Source: an uncultured Chthonomonadaceae bacterium
GTDB lineage: Bacteria; Armatimonadota; Chthonomonadetes; Chthonomonadales; Chthonomonadaceae
Length of the DNA stretch: 64,000 bases
Assembly: GCA_963817895.1 (NCBI GenBank)
Contig: CAWFQB010000001.1
Coordinates: 736,001-800,000, forward strand
Direction of reading: 5' to 3'
Under the pieces are notes generated by a model. It ran no database searches, had not been told where the DNA came from, and saw nothing but the letters and a program-made list of their open reading frames with translations. A program made the position numbers and the translations under genes. Below, in pieces: positions 9,522-20,502 of this stretch (its first letter is position 1; each line of letters opens with the position of its first letter).

Positions 9522-9612
9522 CGTAGGGACACAACTTGTTGTGTCCTCCTCCGGTTGAGGAGGGCGCGGACACAACCATGCTCATGCGGACACAACAAGT
9601 TGTGTCCCTACG
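9522..9612. repeat. GTAG-type REP doublet (REPIN-like)
   Basis: 25-bp perfect inverted repeat CGTAGGGACACAACTTGTTGTGTCC (9522-9546) / 9588-9612; each arm is internally palindromic. Confidence 0.85.
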
Positions 9613-9660
9613 TAACGGTATGGGTAATAGGGTTTTGTTTTAGGGAGGGGCGCGTATAAC

Positions 9661-10902
9661 ATGCAAAAGCGTCGGGTTCTACAGGTGCTGGCGGCGGGGC
9701 TTCTGCTGACGCTTGCGGCGGAGGTTCTGATGCCGCGCGAACGACTGCTGAGTCATTCCTCCGTACAGGTTGCTTCCCTGAAAGATTGCGTGGCGACGGA
9801 CAGCGTCGTCGGCTCTGATTCAGAAGGTTACGCCTGGCTGTCCAACGACGAACTGCTGATTTTACGCGCCAAACCGCAACCAACCGGACTGGCGCAGGTG
9901 GAAGCGTTTCGGCACGATGTTCACACGCAGCGGGAAACACCGCTTGCTGACTTCAACCGTCGGCAGGCGAACGCGCTTGTCAGCACAAGCAGCTACCCTG
10001 CTGATCCCGGCAACCCCTACACGCGGGAGGGACTGGACAACGCACGCCTGTCCCCGGACCGGCAGCCATTGCTATGGTTTTATGGCCCATATCAGCATTG
10101 GAATTGGCATGTGGCGCGGCTGGATGGCACAACCGTCACCGACTTCAAAAACACTGACAAAAAGCCGAATTTCTCATGCGTCAACTGGCTGCCGGACAAC
10201 CGGCAATGGGTTTCTACAAATTCAATTCCGCTTTACTATCCGTCTAACTCCACTGCGCTTTTAGACCTGCGTTTCTATTCCACCGATCCTAAAAGCGGCA
10301 TTGTAAAGAAAACATTAGATTCTTTTCAAGCCTCGCGTCCCCTGGCATTTTTGCGCAATGGACACCTGTTGTCCACATGCGCGCCTGGTGGCTTGAGCGT
10401 GAAGTCTAAGAACGGGCCTGATGGTCTGCTTCTGAATATGGGCGAGGCGCTCTGTAAGCGCGACATAGACCCGCCCTGGCACTACAAACAGCTTGACAGC
10501 ATTTTTTACGACATCTTGCTGCCCGGCGTGGACAGCGTCAATGAAATCGTCGTTTCGTCGGATGAGACGCGTTTTGCCCTGTTCTGCCGCCTGTCGGAAT
10601 CCGCTTCCCTGTCGCCGCCCATGCAAAAATTGCGCCAATGGCTGCGTATGCCGGATCGTCATATATGGGCTATCTGTACATGCCGCATGGACGGCAGTGA
10701 CCTGCGCGAAATCGGGCATGTAGCGGAAAGCGCAAACCCTGCTTTGCCGGTGTTGCCCCCAACTGCCAGCCCGGTATTTTCTTCCATTGACATTTCCCCA
10801 CAACAGGCCGCCAAACTGCCGCACAACCTGAAATGGTCGCCCGATGACAAACACCTGACTTACTGCCAGAGCAATGCGCTTTACATGGTTCCTACCGAGT
10901 GA
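9661..10902 (+). CDS. Membrane-anchored TolB/PD40-like beta-propeller protein
   Basis: N-terminal TM; LSPDRQ, WLPDNR and WSPDDKHL motifs. Confidence 0.7.
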   Translation: MQKRRVLQVLAAGLLLTLAAEVLMPRERLLSHSSVQVASLKDCVATDSVVGSDSEGYAWLSNDELLILRAKPQPTGLAQVEAFRHDVHTQRETPLADFNRRQANALVSTSSYPADPGNPYTREGLDNARLSPDRQPLLWFYGPYQHWNWHVARLDGTTVTDFKNTDKKPNFSCVNWLPDNRQWVSTNSIPLYYPSNSTALLDLRFYSTDPKSGIVKKTLDSFQASRPLAFLRNGHLLSTCAPGGLSVKSKNGPDGLLLNMGEALCKRDIDPPWHYKQLDSIFYDILLPGVDSVNEIVVSSDETRFALFCRLSESASLSPPMQKLRQWLRMPDRHIWAICTCRMDGSDLREIGHVAESANPALPVLPPTASPVFSSIDISPQQAAKLPHNLKWSPDDKHLTYCQSNALYMVPTE

Positions 10903-10915
10903 AGGAAATCTCCCA

Positions 10916-12106
10916 ATGTCCAAACCCCGCTCACCTCGAAAAAAATCTACCCGCGTCCTGTTCCTGTTTCTGGCGGTATCAGGTGCAATCGCATTGCTGT
11001 GTACCCTGTTGTGGCCGCGCGAACGCCTGCTGCTCACCATCGCGCATCCACTGCCGCTCTCCGCAGAGACTCTCTTTTCGCGGCATGACCAATCTGGTAT
11101 AGGACCGTGGCGCAACAATCGCGAGCAACTGCTGCTGCATCATACTCCGGGCGAAGACCATGATACCGTGTGGGTACGGGACGTATGGACAGAGCAGGAA
11201 ACACTTTTACAGCCGTTCAATGACCACTTCGCGTCCCAACTTAAACTCATTCCCCGGGCATCGGCGCAACGCAACGCGGCAGGCGGAAGTAAACCGCTGG
11301 ATTGCCTGCTGCCGACGCAGCAAGTTTCTCCCGATGGCAAATGGCTGCTGTGTCGGGACGGAAACATTTGGCGCGTGTTCGCAATGGATGGAAGCGCGCG
11401 ACGCGAATGGCCGCGCGACCCGCAGGAGAACAAATACCGCCGCTCTGTTAATTGGAGCTTCGGCGGGCAAGGCTGGTTTCAGCCGCGCTATGATTTCACG
11501 TTTCACATCAACGGCGCGATGCTGCATTCGCTGGAATTTAACGCGCCGGAGGGGGAACGCCTGTTCGCGCAATCCGGCGGAGGCTGGGTACTGGGCACAA
11601 CCCGCGAACGCCATCTGCTGACCTACAATCTTCAGTATGGCGCGACGTTTAATCCGTATACGCTGTATGACACGGATTTGGAAACCAACCACGCCCCCAC
11701 GCGCAAACTCAGTATTCCCCTGCCGCCGGGAACTTCGGGCGCGGACGTTCGGCTTTCGCCGGACGGGACGCGCCTGTTGTGGAACCTGCAAATCCGGCAG
11801 CAACCGCCTGGGTCGCCCCCCATACAAACCCTCCTGCGCCGGTTGGGCATGAAGACCCGGCTGCAAAACGCTTTGTGGGTCAGCAATACGGACGGAACCA
11901 ATCTGCGCGAAGTGGGACACATCACGGCGGACTTAATTCCCCCGCCCCCGCCCGCGAAATTCGCCGTGACAACTGTTCTCCGTATCCAGTTTCAGCAACA
12001 ACTACAGCAGCAGGCTGTGCGCCTTTACGGTATCCAGTGGCTTCCCGACAGCAAACACGCCCTGTTTTTACGCGGCAATGAGGTTTACACGGTGGATGTA
12101 GAATAA
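10916..12106 (+). CDS. Paralogous TolB/PD40-like protein
   Basis: Shares xPRERLL, SPDGKWL, DGTNLREVGH and WLPDSKH with the upstream gene. Confidence 0.7.
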   Translation: MSKPRSPRKKSTRVLFLFLAVSGAIALLCTLLWPRERLLLTIAHPLPLSAETLFSRHDQSGIGPWRNNREQLLLHHTPGEDHDTVWVRDVWTEQETLLQPFNDHFASQLKLIPRASAQRNAAGGSKPLDCLLPTQQVSPDGKWLLCRDGNIWRVFAMDGSARREWPRDPQENKYRRSVNWSFGGQGWFQPRYDFTFHINGAMLHSLEFNAPEGERLFAQSGGGWVLGTTRERHLLTYNLQYGATFNPYTLYDTDLETNHAPTRKLSIPLPPGTSGADVRLSPDGTRLLWNLQIRQQPPGSPPIQTLLRRLGMKTRLQNALWVSNTDGTNLREVGHITADLIPPPPPAKFAVTTVLRIQFQQQLQQQAVRLYGIQWLPDSKHALFLRGNEVYTVDVE

Positions 12107-12124
12107 TGGCGCTTTGAAAAGATT

Positions 12125-13963
12125 TTACTTTTCTGACTGTTGCGAAATGGCTCCCTGCTGAGACGGGAGGCGTGTGCCGCAGTGGGGACAAAAGAGAGCG
12201 CGAGTTTGTTGGCCTTCTGTATGCGCCCCGAACAAATGTAAGGGGAGAACGACCCTGTTTCCGCAGCCGGCGCACGTCACTGCTTGTGGTTGAGCCGCGC
12301 CGCACTGCTGACAGAAGGGAGCGTCCGGCACGATTCGGCCACAGGCTATGCAATGAATTTCGCCCCTGCCCGCCGGAATTGCCAGAGTTTGGAGGGCAGA
12401 GGCAAAAGAAGTGAGTTCCACGCGCAAATTCGTAATCTGCGATTCCAGGCGTTCCCGAAACGCATCCGCTTTGCGCTCGATGTCGTTGTACATCGCGCCG
12501 ACGCCCGACCTCTCCTGCTCGGGTATGTAGTCCAGTCGTTTTGCGACCTCCTCGTATTCCTTCAACAATCCGCTTACGGGTTCGCGGGCGCGTTTCAATC
12601 GGGCGCATATCGGAGCCTGTTCCGCTTCTTGCGCCGATTTCAGGTACTCGGCGGCCTGGGCATCGGCCTGAGCCAATTCCGCGATTTGCGCGCCCATGTC
12701 GGTTGTAATTTTTGTCGCGAGGGCGCGACGCCGGTTGGCATACGCGGTTTCCTGCTCTTGATGATGCCGCTCCCTGCCTCCCGCCCACGCCTGATACGAA
12801 AGCGTCAGGTACGCGATTACGGCAATCGCCGCTCCAATGAAAACGTAGTCTCGCCACCCTCCCCCGTACACGCCATTAACCACCAGTCCAAGCGTGAAAA
12901 CCGCGAGGGGAATCACCCGCGTAATCGCAAAGCGGCGGTTCAGAACGCGGGACACATGCAGGACCAGCAGGGGCAGCGAAAACACGGCCGCGACCAGCAT
13001 GGAAACCGGCGTTGCAAGCCTGCCATGAAATTCTAGAACGGCAAAAATAATGAAAAACAGGGAGTAGGTCAGGGTAAGAAGCAGAAAATGCCCCCAGCGA
13101 AAGCTATCCAGTTGCCCCGGCCTGGTCTGTTCGCTCAGATACCAGAAGCCGGCTCCAAACAGCAGCACGGCCAGGGCGACCAGGCGCGACAGCAGCAGTA
13201 CGTGCGCAAGAGGAGCCTGTTCGCCCGGTATCAGCACAGCGATTTGCCGGTCACTGACGAGGTTCTTGAACTCCCATCGTATCTGTTCCGGGCTGGACGC
13301 GCTGGGCTGGAGAGCGTCATCGGGAATGGCGCGGGCCTGTTCGCCCGGCAAGTTCAGAGTGATGGAAACCGACCGAAGCTGGCGGGCGGGCGGAAGCGGA
13401 TAATTCAACTGTTCGCGGCCCAGCGCGGTAAAACTTACGTCTGCGGTCAGCGCCTGCCCCCGCGCCATGTCGCAAACGCAGTAAATGCCCTTTTTTGAGT
13501 AAGCCACTTCGGTGAGCGAAATCGGCTGGGCGCTTCCACGCCGGAATACCTTCAATTGCACGTCGCGGGCTTCGAGGGCGTTGTCAGGAAAAGGGATGAG
13601 GAGCAACACGCGGTTATCCTTCGCCCCACCGGAGGCTTGAAACACAATCTGCCCCGCGCAGTCCAGACGATAGCGCGTAAATACGTCCATGCCGATGCGA
13701 TGGTAACTCGCGGTGAGGGTCATTTTCAGGTCAACGGTGTCCACAACAGGAAGCGCCCCGGATGGAAGAACGGTCCTGTCCGCTTCCCCCTGCAGGCGTA
13801 GCGGCTTCGACGCGGCCTGTTGCTCGGCGATCTGTCTGGCTTCGTCGCGCGCCTGAATGAACAGCGGGAAAAGCAGGCCGGAGAGTATGGCGACAATAGC
13901 GACCACGACGAGCAGTTCGATCAGCGTAAAAGCGCTTCGAGGAGTGAATTTATTTTTTGCCAC
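12125..13963 (-). CDS. Prepilin N-terminal helix fused to CreD-like polytopic membrane domain, coiled coil and double zinc ribbon
   Basis: [18 protein letters not shown], about 6 TM segments (HFLLLTLTYSLFF), and four C-terminal CxxC pairs. Confidence 0.75.
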   Translation of the reverse strand: MAKNKFTPRSAFTLIELLVVVAIVAILSGLLFPLFIQARDEARQIAEQQAASKPLRLQGEADRTVLPSGALPVVDTVDLKMTLTASYHRIGMDVFTRYRLDCAGQIVFQASGGAKDNRVLLLIPFPDNALEARDVQLKVFRRGSAQPISLTEVAYSKKGIYCVCDMARGQALTADVSFTALGREQLNYPLPPARQLRSVSITLNLPGEQARAIPDDALQPSASSPEQIRWEFKNLVSDRQIAVLIPGEQAPLAHVLLLSRLVALAVLLFGAGFWYLSEQTRPGQLDSFRWGHFLLLTLTYSLFFIIFAVLEFHGRLATPVSMLVAAVFSLPLLVLHVSRVLNRRFAITRVIPLAVFTLGLVVNGVYGGGWRDYVFIGAAIAVIAYLTLSYQAWAGGRERHHQEQETAYANRRRALATKITTDMGAQIAELAQADAQAAEYLKSAQEAEQAPICARLKRAREPVSGLLKEYEEVAKRLDYIPEQERSGVGAMYNDIERKADAFRERLESQITNLRVELTSFASALQTLAIPAGRGEIHCIACGRIVPDAPFCQQCGAAQPQAVTCAGCGNRVVLPLHLFGAHTEGQQTRALFCPHCGTRLPSQQGAISQQSEK

Positions 13964-14265
13964 CGTAGTATCCCTTCGCGCCTTTCGGCGGGTCTTCCAA
14001 CCGCCGCCATTGCGCCTTCACACCGGTTTGTTTACGCCAGTTCCTCACGCCTGTGACAAAAACCTGCCGCGTTATAATGATCCTCGTCAATGTTTCGCGT
14101 CCATGTTCCCCATTCCAAGCTTTCAACCAACCGAGCCTTGACTTTTGGACGGCGGAAACGGTATGATACAACTACCTTTGTCTTAAAAACCGAGCCGTTC
14201 AACGCAGAACGCCGCTCATTTCTCTGTCCATCAACACGCAGTCAACACGATGCCGTAAATGCCCT

Positions 14266-17194
14266 ATGAACGACCTGAACATTTTTCATGGCCCCAACGC
14301 CGGATATGCCGAGGAACTCTACGACCGCTACCGGCAAGACCCCGCTTCAGTGGATGCCACAACCCGCGCCTTTTTTGACGCCTACGCTGCATCGTTGTTG
14401 CCACACGCCCGCAATGGAAACGGTCAGGGAAAAGGGAAAAGGGAAAAGGGAACAGAAGAGATACGAGATACGAGATACGAGATACGAGTAGAAGAGAATT
14501 CATCCCTCATCCCTCATCCCTCATCCTTGCCTTCAGAAGCCATGCGCCTTGCCGCCGCCTCACAACGATTGGCGCGGCTGATACGGCAGCGGGGGCATCT
14601 GCTTGCCAGCGTGGACCCGCTTGGGTTGGCGCGTCCCGAAGACCCGCGACTGGAATTGCAGTATCATGGGCTGACCGAGGCGGACCTGGCAACCCTCCCT
14701 GCCGACCTTGTTGTGGGCGGGCCGATTGCGCGCGAAACCACCAACGCGCTGGACGCCATCACCAAACTGCGTGAACGCTATTCCGGCAACATCGGCTACG
14801 ACGACGAACATATTCAGAATCAGCAGGAGCGCTACTGGTTGCGTGAAGCGGCGGAAAGCGGCGCGTATTTTCACCCTTTGAGCAATCAGGTGAAGCGCGA
14901 CCTGCTGCACCGCCTGACCGAAGTGGACGCTTTCGAGCAGTCCATCCACACACGCTATCCCTCCAAAAAACGGTTCTCCATCGAGGGTACGGACATGCTC
15001 GTGCCGATGCTGGATGAGATGATTCGGCTGGCGGGGCGGATGGGAACCCGCGAAGTGGTCATGGGCATGGCGCACCGGGGCCGCCTGAACGTGCTTTGCA
15101 ACGTGCTGGGCAAACCCTACGCGGCGATTTTCGAGGGCTTCAAAACGATGCAGAACGATGACAACGCTTCTGTGTCGGGGCGCAGTTCGCAGGGATTTTC
15201 GGGCGATGTGAAGTACCATCTTGGCTACCAGCGCGCGTTCAAGGAAGCGGGCATTGCCGAAATGCCCATTCGCCTGATTCCCAATCCGAGCCATCTGGAA
15301 TTTGTCAATCCCGTTGCCGAAGGCCACGCCCGCGCCGCGCAGGAACAGCGCAGCCTTGTCGGCCCGCCCGCGCAGGAGCCGCGCGCCTCGCTTCCCATTC
15401 TGATACACGGCGACGCCGCCTTTCCGGGGCAGGGCGTGGTTGCCGAAACCCTGAACATGTCGCGCCTGCCCGGTTACAGCACGGGCGGCACGATCCACAT
15501 CATTTCCAACAATCAGGTCGGTTTCACCACCTCACCGGGCGAAGGCCGCTCGACGATGTACGCCAGCGACCTTGCCAAAGGCTTTGAAATTCCCGTCGTG
15601 CATGTCAACGCGGACGATCCCATCGCCTGCCTTGCGGTATCGCGCATGGCGCACGATTACCGGACGCAGTTCGGCAAGGATTTTCTGATTGATTTAGTCG
15701 GTTATCGCCGTTACGGGCATAATGAAGCCGAAGAACCCCATCTCACGCAGCCGGAAATGTACGCCGAAATCGGCCCGCATAAGCGCGTCCGCGATCTGTG
15801 GGCGGATATGCTGGTGGCGCAGGGCGTGATAACGACCGGCGAGGTGGAGGCGATGTGGGATGAGGTCATGACCCGCATGGACGCCGCATGGAACACGCCC
15901 CATCAGGCGGACGCGCATCTGGAACTCGACATCATTGTGCCGCAAACCGATCCGCGCTACGCGGAAACCGCCGTACCCGCCGCCAAACTGACCGCGTACA
16001 ATGACGTTTTATATGCCATTCCCGAAGGCTTTACGCCCGACGAGAAATTCAATCGCCGCACCCTGCAAGGGCGGCGCGACGGCTTATCCAAAAAGAACGG
16101 CATTTTGTGGGGACACGCGGAAGCCCTCGCGTTCGCGTCCATTCTCGCGGACGGCACTCCCATCCGCCTGACCGGGCAGGACGTGGAGCGCGGCACGTTC
16201 AGCCATCGCCACGCGGTTCTGCACGACATCAACAACGACAGGCGCTGGACGGCATTGCAAACCCTGCCGCAGGCGCGGGCAAGTTTCGGCATCTATAACA
16301 GCCCGCTTTCGGAACAGGCCGCGCTTGGGTTCGAGTACGGTTACAGCGTTCATGTTCCCGAAGCCCTCGTTCTGTGGGAAGCGCAGTTCGGCGACTTCGG
16401 CAACGGGGCGCAGGTGATTATTGACCAGTTCCTCTCCGCCGGTCTTGCCAAATGGCAGATTTCGCCTTCGCTCGTCCTGCTGCTGCCGCACGGCTATCAC
16501 GGACAGGGGCCGGAACACAGCAGCGCGCGTCTGGAACGGTATCTGCAACTCGCCGCCGAGGACAACCTGCGCATCGCCAACTGCACCACGCCCGCGCAAT
16601 ATTTTCATCTGCTGCGCCGTCAGGCCGCCCTGCTGACGACCGATGCCCGCCCGCTGATTGTCATGACGCCCAAAGGCCTGCTGCGCGCTCCGGTTGCCAG
16701 TTCCTCGCTTGCCGACCTGACGACGGGAACCTTTCAGCCCGTGATTGACGACGAGCGGGCGCAAACCCGCGCCCAGAGCATCACGCGCCTGATACTTGTG
16801 CAGCGGTAAAATCTACCTTGACCTCGTGTACAAGGGCGATACGAACAAGGATTTGCGTCCCGAATGGGCGCAGGCCGAGGGCGTGGCGGCTGTTCGCGTC
16901 GAAGAACTGTACCCCTTCCCGCAGCGGGAATTGCGCGACATCATCGCGGGCTACCCGAACCTGCGCGAAATCGTCTGGTTACAGGAAGAGCCGCGCAACA
17001 TGGGCGCGTGGATGTATATGCAGTCCCGTTTGCGCGAACAGGCGGACTGGACGGGCGACCTGCTGTATCGCGGCAGAGCGGAAGCGGCCAGCCCCGCCGA
17101 AGGCTCGGAAATCTGGCACGGCATCGAACAGGCCCGCATCCTGAAGACCGCCCTGGACCCTGTGCCGGTGAGAGAAGCGGTAGGAACTAAGTAG
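14266..17194 (+). CDS. sucA: 2-oxoglutarate dehydrogenase E1 (frameshifted at ~16795)
   Basis: KRFSIEG, GMAHRGRLN, NPSHLE, IHGDAAF and HSSARLERYLQ. Continues as LCSGKIYLDL...WLQEEPRNMGAW in the +1 frame. Confidence 0.95.
14427..14526 (+). repeat. In-frame compound heptamer insert in sucA
   Basis: (GGGAAAA)3 + (GATACGA)4 + (TCATCCC)~4, encoding GKGKREKGTEEIRDTRYEIRVEENSSLIPHPSS. Confidence 0.9.
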
Positions 17195-17329
17195 ATACGA
17201 GATACGAGATACGAGATACGAGGCATCAAAAGAATAGCTTTGTTTAGTTTCCAATAAGCGCGCTCAGGACATAAATGCCCTTTCGCGTTTGCCTCTTATC
17301 TCTTATCTCGTATCTCGTATCTAATATCT
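17193..17329. repeat. Intergenic heptamer inverted repeat (AGATACG)4 ... (CKTATCT)4
   Basis: Complementary heptamer arms between the sucA stop and the sucB RBS. Confidence 0.9.
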
Positions 17330-17344
17330 ATTCTGGAGTGTGCA

Positions 17345-18706
17345 ATGGACGTAGAAATACGGGTACCCCGAAGCGGGGAATCGGTCGTGGAAGCAACGGT
17401 TGGACGCTGGCTCAAGCAGCCGGGCGACGCGGTAAAGGCCAACGAAGAGGTTGTGGAACTGGAAACCGACAAGGCCAACGAAACGGTGAAGTCGCCTGCC
17501 GCCGGTATCCTGCGAACCATCGCGCGGCAAACGGGTGAAGACGTTGCGGTGGATGATGTGCTGGGAACTATTACGCCGGGAGTGGCCGCGTCGAACGGCG
17601 CTTCCAATGGCGCAAACGGTGGAGTCTCCACGCCGCCCGCCCCAACTCCCACGAATACGGGCAACCAGCAGCCCACCACTTCGCCCACGCCCACGATAAC
17701 AACCGCCCCAATCGCCGCCACGCCGCCAATTACAGGAACAGCCGGGGAAGATCTGGGCGATGTCAACGCGCCCGCCACGCCCACCGCCGCCCGTATGCTG
17801 GAAAAGCACGGCCTGACAGCCGCCAATGTCCGGGGAACCGGCCCCAACGGCAAAGTAATGATCGCCGATGTGCAGAATCACGTCGCCACTATGAACATCA
17901 CCACAACCGGGCAGACAGGCACAAGTGCGCCCCCGACTCCACCATTACCAACGCCACCAACCACCAACCACCAACCACCAACCACCAATCCTCTCCTCTC
18001 CGAAGAGCGGCGCGAGATTGTGGAGCCGATGACGCGGATGCGCAGAACCATTGCCGACGCGCTGGTTCAGGCGCAGCAGACGGCGGCCATGCTCACCACG
18101 TTCAACGAGGTGGACATGACAGCCGTGATGGAGATACGGACGCGCCGCAAGGATGCGTTCAAGGAGAAGCACGGCGTCAACCTGGGCTTCATGTCCTTCT
18201 TTACCAAAGCGGTACTCGGCGCGCTGAAAGCCCATCCGTATCTCAATGCGGAGATTCGGGGTACCGACATCATCAAAAAACAGTATTACGACATCGCCAT
18301 CGCGGTCGGCACGGAGCGCGGACTCGTGGTTCCCGTCGTGCGCAACGCGGACAAGCTGACGTTCGCGGGCATCGAAAAAGAGATCGGTTCCCTTGCGTCG
18401 CGGGCGCGCGAGAATAAACTGGGCATCGCGGAAATGGCGGGCGGCACGTTCACCATCACGAACGGCGGCGTGTACGGCTCGCTGATGTCCACGCCGATTC
18501 TGAACGCGCCGCAGGTGGGCATTTTGGGGATGCACAAAATCGAGGAGCGCCCCATCGCCATAAAGGGGCAGGTTGTCATTCGCCCGATGATGTACCTCGC
18601 CCTCTCCTACGACCACCGGATTGTGGATGGCAGCGAGGCCGTGCGCTTCCTCGTAAAAGTGAAAGAACTGCTCGAAGACCCCGAAACCCTCCTGCTGGAG
18701 GGGTAA
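17345..18706 (+). CDS. sucB: Dihydrolipoyl succinyltransferase E2
   Basis: ELETDKA lipoyl motif, GTGPNGKV E3-binding region, [10 protein letters not shown] catalytic motif. Confidence 0.96.
   Translation: MDVEIRVPRSGESVVEATVGRWLKQPGDAVKANEEVVELETDKANETVKSPAAGILRTIARQTGEDVAVDDVLGTITPGVAASNGASNGANGGVSTPPAPTPTNTGNQQPTTSPTPTITTAPIAATPPITGTAGEDLGDVNAPATPTAARMLEKHGLTAANVRGTGPNGKVMIADVQNHVATMNITTTGQTGTSAPPTPPLPTPPTTNHQPPTTNPLLSEERREIVEPMTRMRRTIADALVQAQQTAAMLTTFNEVDMTAVMEIRTRRKDAFKEKHGVNLGFMSFFTKAVLGALKAHPYLNAEIRGTDIIKKQYYDIAIAVGTERGLVVPVVRNADKLTFAGIEKEIGSLASRARENKLGIAEMAGGTFTITNGGVYGSLMSTPILNAPQVGILGMHKIEERPIAIKGQVVIRPMMYLALSYDHRIVDGSEAVRFLVKVKELLEDPETLLLEG
17954..17988 (+). repeat. (CCACCAA)5 in the sucB linker
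   Basis: Five exact heptamers encoding [12 protein letters not shown]. Confidence 0.9.
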
Positions 18707-18746
18707 CAGGACAAAAAACACTTGTATTTGCGCTGTTTTTGTCCTG
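18707..18746. terminator. Hairpin after sucB
   Basis: CAGGACAAAAA / TTTTTGTCCTG inverted repeat. Confidence 0.45.
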
Positions 18747-18763
18747 AATAGTGAAAATATCGC

Positions 18764-18792
18764 TTGCAATTTGTTGTGTTCGCTGTTATACT
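18764..18792 (+). promoter_or_regulatory. Sigma70-type promoter
   Basis: TTGCAA-17 nt-TATACT with TGn extended -10. Confidence 0.6.
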
Positions 18793-18977
18793 TACCTCAA
18801 TGGGGCAAGAAGATATGACAGCGAACACAATGGCGTGTTCATTCTGTTCGATTTTCCCGCTTGCCCCAGGCAATGTAGCCCTCGTGTCATTTCCAACCCG
18901 ATTTGTACGTCGTCACCGTCAATCTTCTCAACACGCGTAAGCGAGATCAAGTTTATTGTATACATATAACAGACGGC

Positions 18978-19007
18978 TTGCATTTTCAACGTAAACACTG
19001 TTATACT
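18978..19007 (+). promoter_or_regulatory. Second sigma70-type promoter
   Basis: TTGCAT-18 nt-TATACT with TGn; shares CTGTTATACTTAC with the first. Confidence 0.55.
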
Positions 19008-19060
19008 TACATAAGAGCTTGAAGTTGACTTCTCGCATGGCGATATGAAAGGTTTGCAAC

Positions 19061-19276
19061 GTGAAACGCAGCAATATTTTAGCCTGTTTGTGCGGCATGG
19101 TTCTGGCATACGGCGCAATGCTGACAGGGTGTTCCAAACCGGCGGAAGAGGCCCCGCCTCCCCCGGCCGCTGCCGCGTCGCCCGCGAAAGAAGCCGGGTC
19201 TGCTCCCGCCACTCCGCCCTCACCCATGAGCGAAAAGGGGCAGTTCGGCCCGGTCACTGACGAAAAAGGCAAATAG
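19061..19276 (+). CDS. Small Pro/Ala-rich lipoprotein
   Basis: Lipobox LTGC followed by SKPAEEAPPPP. Confidence 0.7.
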   Translation: MKRSNILACLCGMVLAYGAMLTGCSKPAEEAPPPPAAAASPAKEAGSAPATPPSPMSEKGQFGPVTDEKGK

Positions 19277-19376
19277 CCGCCCGTTTTCACGACTTGCCTC
19301 ACGCGAATTATCCTTCTGAATTGTTTACGTTAGTCCGCATTCATCATCCGTTCCTCTGTTGTTTTAAGGAGATACG

Positions 19377-20180
19377 TTGAAAAAGTATTCCGGTTTTACG
19401 CTGATTGAACTGCTCGTTGTGATCGCGATTATCGCGATACTCGCGGCCATTCTGTTCCCCGTCTTCGCGCAGGCGCGCGAAAAAGCGCGTTCCGTTTCCT
19501 GTTTGAGCAACAACAAACAGATCGGCACGGCACTTATCATGTACACGCAGGATTATGATGAGGGCCTGCCCACCTGGTCCGACTACTACTACAATCTTAG
19601 TAACGCGGTCACTCCCGCCGGTTCGGATACCAAAGACCGCTACTGGGATGCGAAACTGCTACCCTATGTTAAGAACGGCGCTCCCGCTTTAAGCGATTAC
19701 GGCGGCGCATGGCATTGCCCGTCCGGGGAGGCCAAAACCAACGTGCGCAGCATGGGCATCAACCAGGCGTTAATTTATGATTTCCATCCGAGTCCTTTCG
19801 GCTACCGGTGCATCTCCCTGGTACAAATCCAAAAGCCTGCCAACATTGTTTTTGCGGGTGACGGTGGCAGCAGCGGGCGCATTGCCCCGCCCTTCTACTA
19901 CCAGGGTTACTATGAGAAGTATATCACCGGCGTACCCTATACCCGCGATGCGCCCTGGCGTCATCAGGATGGCTCCAACTACGTCTACTGTGACGGCCAT
20001 GCCAAGTACCAGAAGGGCGACGTAATATTTCCGCACCCGGTTGCGCCGAGTCAGGTGTATACTCAGGCTGCCGGTGGGGCGTACTGCTCCTATGCGAACA
20101 ACTTCGCGCCAAGTTTGGATGAGGCGCAATGGGGCGCGACGACAGCAAAAACCTATGGCGGCAACTGCCCGCAGCAGTAG
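19377..20180 (+). CDS. Prepilin-type N-terminal cleavage/methylation protein (DUF1559, H-X9-DG)
   Basis: [47 protein letters not shown]. Confidence 0.93.
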   Translation: MKKYSGFTLIELLVVIAIIAILAAILFPVFAQAREKARSVSCLSNNKQIGTALIMYTQDYDEGLPTWSDYYYNLSNAVTPAGSDTKDRYWDAKLLPYVKNGAPALSDYGGAWHCPSGEAKTNVRSMGINQALIYDFHPSPFGYRCISLVQIQKPANIVFAGDGGSSGRIAPPFYYQGYYEKYITGVPYTRDAPWRHQDGSNYVYCDGHAKYQKGDVIFPHPVAPSQVYTQAAGGAYCSYANNFAPSLDEAQWGATTAKTYGGNCPQQ

Positions 20181-20206
20181 CCTGACTGTTATATGAATAC
20201 GGTTTG

Positions 20207-20239
20207 TTGCCGAACACGAACAATTACCGTGTTCGGCAA
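20207..20239 (+). terminator. Hairpin after prepilin gene 1
   Basis: 12-bp inverted repeat TTGCCGAACACG / CGTGTTCGGCAA with a T-run nearby. Confidence 0.5.
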
Positions 20240-20502
20240 TGGGCTTTTTCAGGTCGTGCAAATGCGTCGCCTGTCAAATTTTTCGGCGGCGTCCGGCAGA
20301 TTGTTGTAAAAGGGCGCAGGGTATGTTATAATCATTCAGCCCCGCTCATTGTTGCGCGTGTTGCTTTTTCTCGTTGTTGTGCGCCGCGACAATCCCCGCT
20401 GATTGCTATCCCGCACTTATTTTCTTTTTCTTCATCAAAGGGGCGCATGCGCAATTGCCACGCAGCCCCGCCTTTCACCTGCATACAAGGAGAGACACCG
20501 CC

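Noticed and set aside
14427..14526. Inserts as introns or inteins
   Set aside because: Too short and low-complexity, with no group I/II or intein motifs; four of six keep the frame and sit in linkers.
16785..16812. Programmed ribosomal frameshift in sucA
   Set aside because: No slippery heptamer or evident stimulatory structure; similar single-base anomalies elsewhere (25717, ~58020) point to sequence error.
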